Source: a virus (taxonomy: Duplodnaviria > Caudoviricetes). Taken from it: a stretch of 64,000 bases of DNA. A program made the translations under genes and the position numbers. The notes beneath the pieces were generated by a model. The model was not told where the DNA came from. It was given only the letters and a program-made list of their open reading frames with translations, and made no database searches. Every line of letters starts with the position of its first letter. The stretch's first letter is position 1. Below, piece by piece: positions 1 through 8,848 of this stretch. Location of the stretch: IMG/VR virus record IMGVR_UViG_3300029705_000021; one strand, 5' to 3'.

Positions 1-71
1 CGAGTCGCACTCAAATTTTTTGTGTATTAGTTGCATACATTTTTAAAAATAGTAAGACAAGGAGAAAGACA

Positions 72-959
72 ATGAAATTAAAACTAAGTAAAACAATAAT
101 TGAAAACAGTCAATTAACTCATGATGCAATTATGGTTTACACAGGAATTGTTGCATCGTATCGAAATAATTGTAATGCAGTATTGACTAACAAAAATATG
201 ATAAATTATTATCTTACCCAAAATAGAAAAATGCCAAGACGTTTTGAAGAGAATTTAAGAAAAGGATTTCAAGAATTATTAGATAAAGAAATTGTTATAT
301 GTAAAGAAAAAATAGGAGTGGATTATTATTTTGATTTAAAAAATATTAAACTTAATGAAGTTGATAAATTTGTTTTTATTGATTTTGATGATATTCACAA
401 AATTATGGTATCTAACTCTTATAATAAGGGTGGTTTATTGAGATTATATATTTGTATATTAAGTACTTTTATTTCTAAAAATAAAATTAAAGATATTAGA
501 GAACCTGAGAAATTTAATAATATTTTAGGTATGATGTCACAAAAATATTTGTCAGAAATTACTGGTTTATCATCTCATTCTGTGGTTGAATATATTAAAA
601 CACTAGAACAGTTAGAATTAATATATGTTTCTAGATGCTCATTTATGTTTAAAGATGAAAAAGGGAATATAAAACAACATAATAATATTTATGGTAGATA
701 TTGTGACAGAGAACTTATTGATGAGTTTGCAAAGATTAGATATGACATGTATGACGATTTACATAAAGTTAAAAGTACTACTGCTACTAACAATGCTAGA
801 TCTCTAATGCAAAAGTATAATTGTTTACGTAATAACACTGAATATGACAAAGATACTGTTGATGCTATTTATAATTATATTTGTAGTTATAATGAGAAAT
901 ATCCTAAGAGAACCAAAGATATGAAACCATTTGAGAGGTATGGTTATAAAGTAGATTAA
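72..959 (+). CDS. Hypothetical protein with winged-HTH-like segment (regulator or replication protein)
   Basis: 295-aa ORF with AGGAG RBS; SQKYLSEITGLSSHSVVEYIKTLEQLELI resembles a wHTH. Confidence 0.5.
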   Translation: MKLKLSKTIIENSQLTHDAIMVYTGIVASYRNNCNAVLTNKNMINYYLTQNRKMPRRFEENLRKGFQELLDKEIVICKEKIGVDYYFDLKNIKLNEVDKFVFIDFDDIHKIMVSNSYNKGGLLRLYICILSTFISKNKIKDIREPEKFNNILGMMSQKYLSEITGLSSHSVVEYIKTLEQLELIYVSRCSFMFKDEKGNIKQHNNIYGRYCDRELIDEFAKIRYDMYDDLHKVKSTTATNNARSLMQKYNCLRNNTEYDKDTVDAIYNYICSYNEKYPKRTKDMKPFERYGYKVD

Positions 960-988
960 ATTAAACTAATTAATTTTAAAATTTATTG

Positions 989-1017
989 TTGACAAAGTTT
1001 GGAAGTTATGGTATAGT
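989..1017 (+). promoter_or_regulatory. SigA-type promoter upstream of the desulfurase/RNAP genes
   Basis: TTGACA-17 bp-TATAGT with TG extended -10; preceded by AAACTAATTAATTTT. Confidence 0.7.
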
Positions 1018-1063
1018 ATCCATAAGAAAAATAAAACTAGTTAAGAAAGGACTGAAAAAATAA

Positions 1064-2221
1064 ATGACATATTTGAATAGCTGCTCTACTACGCAGCCAA
1101 CACAAGAAGTAATTGATGATGTAAACTTCTATTTAAAACAAAATTGGAGTAATCCTTCAGATATTTCACAAAATGGCATTCATGCAAAAAGCGATATTAC
1201 ATATGCAAGAAATCAGATTGCTAAGTCTATTGGGGTTTCGGGTAATGAGATCTTCTTTACGTCTGGAGGATCGGAAAGTAACAATTGGGCATTAAAAGGT
1301 ATTTTAGATAGCCACCCTGAGATTGATACTATTATTACTTCTACTATTGAGCATCCTTCAGTTTATAAGACTTGCAAGTATTTAGAAACAAAAGGATATA
1401 CAGTACATTATCTTAAGGTTAATTGTTGGGGTCAAGTTGATATATATGAACTTGAACAATTGATTAGAGATTATAATATTAAAAATCCTTTAGTTTCGAT
1501 TATGTTTGCTAACAACGAAATTGGCAGTATAAACGATATTAAGAAGATTTCGAAACTTGTTCATGATATAGATGGGATTTTTCACTGTGATGCAGTACAA
1601 GCTTTTATGCATACACATATAAATGTTAAAAAGTTGGGAATAGATTTAATGAGTGCTAGTGGGCATAAAATAAATTGTCCAAAGGGAATAGGTTTTTTAT
1701 ATAAGAGAAAAGACTTAGATATTACTCCACTTATTCATGGTGGTAAACAGATGGATAATCTCAGAGGTGGTACAGAGAATGTTCCGTACATCTGTGCAAT
1801 GGGTAATCAAGTAGAAAGATTATCTGATGATTTAGATATATATCTTGAAAGAGCTGTAGATATTCATAATTACATAGTTCAAGAAGTTTACGAGAAATGT
1901 GGAGAATATTGTGATGTGTATTTAAATGGGCATCCTAAGAAAAGAATTGCTAATAATTTGAGTTTTACTTTTACTGGTATTAATGCAGAACAGCTTATTA
2001 CTCTTTTAGATTTGAAGGGTATACAAGTGAGTGCAGGATCAGCTTGTTGTTCTGGAGAACCAACTCCTAGTAGAGTAATAAAAGCAATTGGATTAAGTGA
2101 TGAAGAAGCTTTTAGTACCATTAGAGTTAGCTTCGATTATAATACTACTAGAGATATGGTCGATGAATTTGTGGATGCGTTGGTTGAGTGTTTGAGAAGT
2201 TTACAAATGTTTGTAGACTAA
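1064..2221 (+). CDS. iscS: PLP-dependent cysteine desulfurase (IscS/NifS family)
   Basis: FTSGGSESNN, IEHPSV, HCDAVQ, SGHK (PLP lysine), RGGTEN, SAGSAC (catalytic Cys). Confidence 0.92.
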   Translation: MTYLNSCSTTQPTQEVIDDVNFYLKQNWSNPSDISQNGIHAKSDITYARNQIAKSIGVSGNEIFFTSGGSESNNWALKGILDSHPEIDTIITSTIEHPSVYKTCKYLETKGYTVHYLKVNCWGQVDIYELEQLIRDYNIKNPLVSIMFANNEIGSINDIKKISKLVHDIDGIFHCDAVQAFMHTHINVKKLGIDLMSASGHKINCPKGIGFLYKRKDLDITPLIHGGKQMDNLRGGTENVPYICAMGNQVERLSDDLDIYLERAVDIHNYIVQEVYEKCGEYCDVYLNGHPKKRIANNLSFTFTGINAEQLITLLDLKGIQVSAGSACCSGEPTPSRVIKAIGLSDEEAFSTIRVSFDYNTTRDMVDEFVDALVECLRSLQMFVD

Positions 2222-2246
2222 TTAATTTTATAAAGGAGATGTAGAA

Positions 2247-2450
2247 ATGAATAAAGAAGAAATGATTGAATTAATTAAAGAATATTCACTTGATGATAAT
2301 GAAATGTGTATTGAAAACTGTAGTGATTGTGTTTGTTTAGAAGAATGTTATTCTAAGGCGATTGATAAATGCGATTCTGAATTTGCAAAATCAATTAATT
2401 ATGGAGGATACTCTTCTGAAGAAGAATTTTGGGAAATGTTAATGTCTTAG
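2247..2450 (+). CDS. Small acidic Cys-rich hypothetical protein
   Basis: 67-aa ORF, AAAGGAG RBS, CxxxCxxCxCxxxC cluster. Confidence 0.65.
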   Translation: MNKEEMIELIKEYSLDDNEMCIENCSDCVCLEECYSKAIDKCDSEFAKSINYGGYSSEEEFWEMLMS

Positions 2451-2461
2451 GTGGTGAATAA

Positions 2462-5095
2462 ATGAGTAAATATGGCTTAAAAATAAAGAATTTTCAAGCA
2501 GGTTCTTTATTTGGATATAATAATGGAACTAGAGATAGACTTGATAGTACCGATGCAATGCTTACTAATAGTTTGTTTAGTGATTTTATTATTCAAAACG
2601 GATTAAATGTTTGGAAAGGTGAATCTACCAGAGATATTATTTGCATAGAATTTGATTATGGTACTAGAGATTATCAAGGAGAACTCGATAATTTTAACAA
2701 TATAATTAAAAGTATAAATAAAGACGAAAAAATGTCTTTAGAAGAGAAAGAAGAACGAATTGAGAAAATTAATTTTTTGATAAATAGAGCAAACGAAAAT
2801 CAATGTAGATATATCAAAAAATCGGCACATGAATTAAGAGAACTGTTTTATACCGAAGGAGTAGATATTAATTATAAAACCTACAATAAAAAAGGCGAAG
2901 TTATTAAAGAAGATTTAATTCATTATAAAATGTTATATAGAACTCCAGGTAAAGCAAAAAAAGGTTCTTGTATGTTTATTAATGAACAATTATATGATAC
3001 TGCAAGAAATTTTCTTTATATGGGAATACAGTTGTCTGAAAAAAATGCGCCAATTGTTGAGATAGGTGCGTATTCTTCTCTTATTACTTCTACTATCGTT
3101 GGAAAAATACAAATTAGATCAGAGCAAATATTAGTAGTTAATGATGTAGATTCGTTTTATAAAACCAATATCATTAGTATTGAAACTGATGAAAGTAAGC
3201 GTTGTATTTCAAAACCAATTGATGATTATGAGTTAAAGAACACATTGTTTGATGGACAAGCTTTAATTGATACTTCTATCTTTCCAGAATGGGGTGATGG
3301 TTATGTTTTACTAAGACATCATATGTGTAAGATGGCTGCTTTTCATACAAATATAGAATTGTTTATGAGAGAGCACTTTAAAGAAAATTATGATACTGCA
3401 TATATTAATGATATGTGGGGCAATCTCGTTAAGGTTTCGGATATTAAATTAATTACAACGGATAATGCAATGAAATGGCTAAAATTTGATAAATCATTTG
3501 AATATTGGTCTGATTGGGTTAGACAAAATGATTGTATGTTTGGTGTTGTAAAAACTGCGCATCAGAGTAAACTTGGAGAAGTTCAACGTATGAGTTATCA
3601 AATGATTAATGCATTAGATATGGATATCATGCCTCAAGTTACACAATGTAGTATTGATTATATAAATGCATTAAAAACAAACGATGATGTATTTTTGAAT
3701 TATCTTAGAGACAACCAAAACTTTTCTAATGATTTTGAAGTACTAATTGCATTAGTTGAACAAGATAGAGAGTTTTTACGAAGTGAGTATTTTAGACATC
3801 GTAAAGAATATATCATTAAAGCTTATGTTATGAATTTTAAAAATGGAAAGATTATTCAAAACGCAGATAATCTCGTTATTGTTGGATCTCCATATGCAAT
3901 GTTATTACATTCAGTAGGTAAAGATCCTTTAAATGATGAAACTTTTAAAACAGAAGATGGGGCAATTCAATGTTTTACTCAAAGATTTAATGATGGGGAA
4001 TATCTTGCTGAATTTAGAAGTCCATTTAATTCTAAAAATAATATGGGATATTTACATAATGTATATAGTGATAAATTACAAACGTATTTTAATTTTGGAA
4101 AACAAATTATTGCAATTAATATGATAAATACGGATTTCCAAGACAGAAATAACGGATCAGACCAGGATAGCGACAGCCTGTATGTTACTAACCAAAAAGA
4201 GATTGTTGAGTATGCAAAATTTTGCTATTTAAACTATCCAACAATTGTTAATAATATTCCAAAAGAGAAAAATTCATATGATAATACATTATTAAATTTT
4301 GCAAACATAGATAATAATTTATCTGACGCTCAAGAAGCGATTGGTACATCGAGTAATTTGGCTCAAATTGATTTAACATATACTTATAATGCAAAAACAG
4401 ATGAAGATAAAAAGAAGTATGAAAAATATGTATGTATTTTATCAGTTTTAGCACAAGTGGCAATTGATAATGCAAAGCGCAGATTTGATATTGATCTTGT
4501 TAAAGAAATTGACTTGATAAAAAAAGATATGAATATCAAAGAAAATGGGTTTCCTGCATTTTGGGGAATTGTAAAAAAAGATTTTAATAAAAGAAGAATT
4601 AATAAAAACTTGATATGCCCTATGAATTATATATTTGATATTCAAATTGATAAGTATAAAAGCAAGGAATCTACTCTTCCTATGAGTGATTTTTTTGTAA
4701 ATTATCCGATGGAAGAACATAGACGTAAATCAAGAAAGGTTGAAGAATTAATTCAAAAATACTCTCTTGATTTATATACAAAATATCAGAAACCTAAAGA
4801 TTGTGGATATATGGATGACGAAGACGAAGAAGATTCTTATTTACTATTGCGTTCAGATTTTGACGATTTAATTAATGATATAAATCAAATATATATATCT
4901 AAAAATTATTTAGGTTTAATGTCTTGGTTAATTAATCGTGCTTTTCTTATTGGGGCTGGTGCAAGAAGAAATACAAAAGAAATACAATCAACATTAAATA
5001 ATAATAAATCTATTTTATTAAAAACTTTGTATACAATAAATCCTGACGCATTGTTAAAATGTTTTGCAAAAAATATAGAAAAAGTGGACACTTAA
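2462..5095 (+). CDS. Single-subunit two-barrel DNA-dependent RNA polymerase, YonO-like
   Basis: 877 aa; LFDGQ, FRSP and NGSDQDSD metal-binding loop, AIDNAK motif; sits upstream of HU and virion genes as yonO does in SPbeta. Confidence 0.8.
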   Translation: MSKYGLKIKNFQAGSLFGYNNGTRDRLDSTDAMLTNSLFSDFIIQNGLNVWKGESTRDIICIEFDYGTRDYQGELDNFNNIIKSINKDEKMSLEEKEERIEKINFLINRANENQCRYIKKSAHELRELFYTEGVDINYKTYNKKGEVIKEDLIHYKMLYRTPGKAKKGSCMFINEQLYDTARNFLYMGIQLSEKNAPIVEIGAYSSLITSTIVGKIQIRSEQILVVNDVDSFYKTNIISIETDESKRCISKPIDDYELKNTLFDGQALIDTSIFPEWGDGYVLLRHHMCKMAAFHTNIELFMREHFKENYDTAYINDMWGNLVKVSDIKLITTDNAMKWLKFDKSFEYWSDWVRQNDCMFGVVKTAHQSKLGEVQRMSYQMINALDMDIMPQVTQCSIDYINALKTNDDVFLNYLRDNQNFSNDFEVLIALVEQDREFLRSEYFRHRKEYIIKAYVMNFKNGKIIQNADNLVIVGSPYAMLLHSVGKDPLNDETFKTEDGAIQCFTQRFNDGEYLAEFRSPFNSKNNMGYLHNVYSDKLQTYFNFGKQIIAINMINTDFQDRNNGSDQDSDSLYVTNQKEIVEYAKFCYLNYPTIVNNIPKEKNSYDNTLLNFANIDNNLSDAQEAIGTSSNLAQIDLTYTYNAKTDEDKKKYEKYVCILSVLAQVAIDNAKRRFDIDLVKEIDLIKKDMNIKENGFPAFWGIVKKDFNKRRINKNLICPMNYIFDIQIDKYKSKESTLPMSDFFVNYPMEEHRRKSRKVEELIQKYSLDLYTKYQKPKDCGYMDDEDEEDSYLLLRSDFDDLINDINQIYISKNYLGLMSWLINRAFLIGAGARRNTKEIQSTLNNNKSILLKTLYTINPDALLKCFAKNIEKVDT

Positions 5096-5309
5096 TAATT
5101 TTAAACATTTAAAAACCCCAGTAAAACTAATTAAAATTACAGATTAGCTTAACCAAGTAAATGATAGAAAAGGCGTATTGTCTGAGTAATCAAACCGCTA
5201 ATACCGATTGCGGTATAAAAATATGGGAGTTAACTAAATAAATCCTTTTCGGTGGGCGGTAAAACCGACATATATGAAAAATTTAACTAATTAATTTTAG
5301 AATTTACTA

Positions 5310-5338
5310 TTGACAAATATTGTCAAATATGATAGTAT
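5310..5338 (+). promoter_or_regulatory. SigA-type promoter with a palindrome over the -35 box
   Basis: TTGACA-17 bp-TAGTAT with TG extension; TTGACAA-ATA-TTGTCAA inverted repeat. Confidence 0.7.
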
Positions 5339-5354
5339 AAAGGAGAATAAGGAT

Positions 5355-5702
5355 ATGAGAGAATTTAGAAACACTAAAGGATGGACAGAGCATTATAATT
5401 CTTTAGAAGAACTAAGAGCTGGATGGAATTTAAAGCCAGCATCAAAGAAAAGACCAAAAGATGAAAAGGCTTTGCAGGAAGCAAGAGAAAAGTTTTTAGG
5501 AACTTGCCCTTGTTGTAAAAATACGCTTTCGTATATCTATGGTTCAAGTTATAAGACTTGCAAGAATGCAGAATGTAAAGGTTTTAAGAAAGTTGAGAAA
5601 AACGAAGACGGAACTGAAAGAGTTTGTTACATTCCATATCTTTCAAAACCACTTGATAAACATGGTAAAGAAATTGCATTGAATTTATTTGATGAAGAAT
5701 AA
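5355..5702 (+). CDS. Zinc-ribbon hypothetical protein
   Basis: ATG at 5355 after AGGAG preferred over TTG 5310 (which is the -35 box); CPCC and CKNAEC motifs. Confidence 0.65.
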   Translation: MREFRNTKGWTEHYNSLEELRAGWNLKPASKKRPKDEKALQEAREKFLGTCPCCKNTLSYIYGSSYKTCKNAECKGFKKVEKNEDGTERVCYIPYLSKPLDKHGKEIALNLFDEE

Positions 5703-5815
5703 TTTTTTTAATGAAACTAATTAATTTTACATAATATAAATTATGGTTACTCCTCTTCGTCCTGAAGAGATAACAAATAAACAAAATATTTAATGAATAA
5801 AAGGAGAATTAAAAA

Positions 5816-6094
5816 ATGAACAAAGTAGAATTAATCGCAAAAATTGCAGAGGTAAACGAAACAACAAAGAAGGCAGCTGGCGAACAGTTAGATGCAATTG
5901 TTAGTGTAATCACAGAAGCTTTAGTAGATGGTGAAGAAGTTTCACTTACTGGATTTGGAAAGTTTAGTGTAGTAGAAAGAGCTGAACGTCAGGGTGTAAA
6001 TCCTGCCACATCTGAAAAGATTACAATTGCAGCTTCTAAAGCACCAAAGTTTAAAGCAAGCTCTACACTTAAGAATCTTGTAAATGGAAAGTAA
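5816..6094 (+). CDS. hup: Histone-like DNA-binding protein HU
   Basis: MNKVELIAKIAE, GFGKF, RQGVNPAT, PKFKAS signature. Confidence 0.95.
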   Translation: MNKVELIAKIAEVNETTKKAAGEQLDAIVSVITEALVDGEEVSLTGFGKFSVVERAERQGVNPATSEKITIAASKAPKFKASSTLKNLVNGK

Positions 6095-6259
6095 TTAAAT
6101 AAATTCGTGTGAACATTAAGTTGTTGTGCTGGTTCATTGCCAGCCACACAATTTAAGATGCAAGCAAATTGGGAGTAGCTACCCAATTTATGCGAGAACT
6201 ATCCCCTCGCTGCTTGCAACTTAGATATATAGGGATAGAGAAAGTTAGGGATAGAAAAA

Positions 6260-7267
6260 ATGGAAAAGAATAACAAAAGATACGATTATGAATATGTAAA
6301 ATCTAAATTTAAAAAAAAAGACTATACTCTTGTTTCAGAAGAGTATAAAAATAAAAATGAAAAACTAGATTATATTTGTAATAAACATAAAGAATTTGGA
6401 ATACAAAAGGTTAGTTTTGCATCACTGGAATTGAATAATTGTAATTGTAAAAAATGTATAAATGAAAATGCGGTAGGAAAACGTCATAATGTTCCAAAAC
6501 TAACAATTAAAAACTATGATGAATATTTTGAAAAATATAAAAACAAATTGTTTAATGAAGTTGGAGAAGAATATTCTTTGCAAAAAATAGATGTAAAAAA
6601 TAAGAAAACAATGTTATATTTAATACATAATAAATGCAATCAACCATATCCGATTGAACAATATAAATTTTTTAAAAGAAAATATAGATGCCAAAATCCA
6701 GATTGTAAGCATCAAAGAATATCTGACCGTTGTATGAAAACAACAGAACAATTCAAAAAAGAAGTGTTCGATTTGGTTAAAGACGAATATATTATTGAAG
6801 GAGAATATGTTGGTAAAGATAACAATATTCTTTTCAGACATATTACGTGTAACTGTACATTTGAAAAAACACCGCATAATTTTTTAGCAGGTCAGAGATG
6901 TCCTCATTGTATATTGCCAACTAAAGGAGAACAAAAAATTATTGATTATTTGGACAATAATAATATTAAATATACATTTCAGAAAACATATAATGATTTA
7001 AGAGGTATCAATGGTGGGTTATTGTCATATGACATATATTTAGATGATTATAATTGTTTAATTGAATACCAAGGTCATTTTCACGATGGTACTGCGTTTA
7101 AAGAATATGATGAAAAATTTGAACGTCAACAAGAACATGATAAACGAAAACGAGAATATGCAAAATTTCATGGAATAAATTTATTAGAAATTTGGTATTG
7201 GGATTTTGATAATATTGAAAATATATTAATAGACTACTTAAATTTACATAACGAAATTGCAAGCTAA
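6260..7267 (+). CDS. Free-standing putative homing endonuclease (Zn-ribbon repeats plus Vsr/DUF559-like nuclease domain)
   Basis: Repeated C/H zinc motifs, C-terminal KGEQKI...SYDIYL...IEYQGHFH...DKRKREYA...LLEIWYWD; paralogous to 51950..52858. Confidence 0.75.
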   Translation: MEKNNKRYDYEYVKSKFKKKDYTLVSEEYKNKNEKLDYICNKHKEFGIQKVSFASLELNNCNCKKCINENAVGKRHNVPKLTIKNYDEYFEKYKNKLFNEVGEEYSLQKIDVKNKKTMLYLIHNKCNQPYPIEQYKFFKRKYRCQNPDCKHQRISDRCMKTTEQFKKEVFDLVKDEYIIEGEYVGKDNNILFRHITCNCTFEKTPHNFLAGQRCPHCILPTKGEQKIIDYLDNNNIKYTFQKTYNDLRGINGGLLSYDIYLDDYNCLIEYQGHFHDGTAFKEYDEKFERQQEHDKRKREYAKFHGINLLEIWYWDFDNIENILIDYLNLHNEIAS

Positions 7268-7317
7268 AATAAAAAAACTAAATATTATACAAGTAGGGTG
7301 TTCTACCCTACTTCTAT

Positions 7318-7390
7318 GGGAACTTAGCTCAGTAGGCAGAGCGTTTGGCTGTTAACCAAAATGTCATATGTTCGATCCCTATAGTTCCCG
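7318..7390 (+). tRNA. tRNA-Asn(GTT)
   Basis: GGGAACT/AGTTCCC acceptor, TTTGG-CTGTTAA-CCAAA anticodon arm, TTCGA T-loop; one T-stem mismatch. Confidence 0.88.
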
Positions 7391-7415
7391 TTCCTTATTC
7401 TATGGTGGAATAAGA

Positions 7416-8039
7416 ATCCTATGATGTATACTGACTCAGATAAGTATATTAGGCTCTCTTCGGAATGACTGCATCCGTATCTGAAAACAAATCAGTAGTC
7501 AATACTCATCCATCCTAGTGTGGTATGAGCTGAGATTTTGTCAGATTGACATTTTCGTATTGTCTCCGAGAGTGACGGGACATTAATTTAGAATATCGCT
7601 CAATTGTAAGTTAAAAGAATAGGTCGAATATTCTTTCCTCTCAACTGTTGGTGCATTCCTAGGGAAGTAAGACTATCTATAGAAGTAGATTAAGCCAAAC
7701 ATACTGGTCACATGGGCAATGTTTGTACGAAAGAGGTTCTGGTGTTATAGACCACCCTAAAAAATGATTGGAACGTAGCCACGTTTGAATAATAGGCTAG
7801 TGAGTAGGGATGACCTCCGAAAGCGATTAATAAAAGAACCTAACACGCCTCTCGATGATGCGTACCACGTTAGGTCATTTGAAAAGAACCCTTAAGTGGG
7901 CAACTATGCTCTTTATGAGCCGTACATAAGTACATTACTAAGCATGAATGGAACAAATTCTCTATTCTAAACAACTGGTTGTGTACAGACCAATAAGAAG
8001 TTAGTTAGTGCTTTATACTTCTTATTAATTTTGTAGGAT
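7416..8039 (+). ncRNA. Large ornate ncRNA, probably ROOL family
   Basis: 624-nt ORF-free, GC-enriched segment between tRNAs; closed by ATCCTATGA/TTGTAGGAT; long-range TTTAGAATA(7587)/TATTCTAAA(7963); many local hairpins; size and tRNA/phage context fit ROOL. Confidence 0.72.
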
Positions 8040-8108
8040 CGCCTAACGCCATCTAGTTCGCCAAAGTGCAGGATAAGAAATTAGAAAATGTTAGGCTTAA
8101 AAATATAT

Positions 8109-8183
8109 AGCGGAGTAGAGCAGTTCGGTAGCTCGTCAGCCCCATAAGCTGAAGGTCGTGGGTTCAAATCCCACCTCTCGCAA
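8109..8183 (+). tRNA. tRNA-Met(CAT), initiator-like, atypical
   Basis: D arm GAGCAGTTCGGTAGCTC, TCAGC-CCCATAA-GCTGA, GTGGG-TTCAAAT-CCCAC; 1:72 mismatch, bulged acceptor stem, C33. Confidence 0.75.
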
Positions 8184-8186
8184 TCA

Positions 8187-8290
8187 TAGATAGTTACAGC
8201 AAATTTAAATCTTAACGAAGCTCCAGTAATTGCTTTTCGCAGGTTCGACTCCTGTGTGTAAAAGAGACGGTTCTCAAAACAACTATCTAG
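8187..8290 (+). ncRNA. Stem-closed ACAGCAA element 1 with internal T-arm
   Basis: TAGATAGTT-ACAGCAA...AACTATCTA-G; internal GCAGG-TTCGACT-CCTGT. Confidence 0.5.
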
Positions 8291-8297
8291 AATTTAT

Positions 8298-8370
8298 TGA
8301 GTAGTAGCTCAGTTGGGAGAGCACTAGTTTTGGGAACTAGGGGTCGTGAGTTCGAGTCTCACTTATTCAA
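8298..8370 (+). tRNA. tRNA-Pro(TGG)
   Basis: TGAGTAG/TTATTCA acceptor, CTAGT-TTTGGGA-ACTAG, GTGAG-TTCGAGT-CTCAC. Confidence 0.88.
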
Positions 8371-8374
8371 TTAT

Positions 8375-8446
8375 GGTGTCATTAGTTTAATGGTAAAACG
8401 TCAGAATGTGGGTCTGAAGTTAAAAGTTCGATTCTTTTATGATACC
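8375..8446 (+). tRNA. tRNA-His(GTG)
   Basis: 8-bp acceptor GGTGTCAT/ATGATACC (G-1:C73), TCAGA-ATGTGGG-TCTGA, AAAAG-TTCGATT-CTTTT. Confidence 0.88.
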
Positions 8447-8471
8447 CTTGGTTGCCTAATGCATAGCTATA

Positions 8472-8532
8472 GGCGTAATTCCTACCACTATCCTCTTACT
8501 GGCGAATTGCTGGGAGTGCGCACGAATAGAGG
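8472..8532 (+). ncRNA. HDV-like (theta-type) self-cleaving ribozyme, possibly degenerate
   Basis: P1 GTAATTC/GAATTGC, P2 CCACTA/TAGAGG, P3-L3 TCC-TCTTACT-GGC, GGG junction, short P4, C-GAA J4/2 in the correct order. Confidence 0.5.
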
Positions 8533-8546
8533 CAATGGTGTATTAT

Positions 8547-8619
8547 GCACTTGTGATGTAATTGGCTAACATACTGGTCTTCCAAATCGGTTATGTGGGA
8601 TCGTACCCCATCAAGTGCT
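8547..8619 (+). tRNA. tRNA-Gly(TCC)
   Basis: GCACTTG/CAAGTGC acceptor, CTGGT-CTTCCAA-ATCGG, GTGGG-ATCGTAC-CCCAT. Confidence 0.85.
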
Positions 8620-8622
8620 CTT

Positions 8623-8729
8623 AAGACACGAACAGCAAACTTATATGTTATATGATGAATAAAATTATAAAGAAATTACAGATTTAAGTATTTACTGATA
8701 GAAATTAACTATATCAATGTTGTGTCTTG
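8623..8729 (+). ncRNA. Stem-closed ACAGCAA element 2
   Basis: AAGACACGA-ACAGCAA...TTGTGTCTT-G with AT-rich interior. Confidence 0.45.
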
Positions 8730-8730
8730 T

Positions 8731-8842
8731 AAGGCGTGTTAACTGCAATATTTCAAATAGCAACAAGAAATTTTATTTAATTAATTATCTCCTATCTAAA
8801 ACTTTAAATTTTAAATATTCTATTTATTATAATTGCGCCTTG
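8731..8842 (+). ncRNA. Stem-closed ACTGCAA element 3
   Basis: AAGGCGT-GTTA-ACTGCAA...GCGCCTT-G with AT-rich interior; abuts element 2. Confidence 0.4.
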
Positions 8843-8848
8843 TTTTAT

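Noticed and set aside
5190-5270. GC-rich hairpins after the RNAP gene
   Set aside because: Two short stems only (ACCGC/GCGGT, TCGGT/ACCGA); cannot distinguish an ncRNA from terminator or processing hairpins
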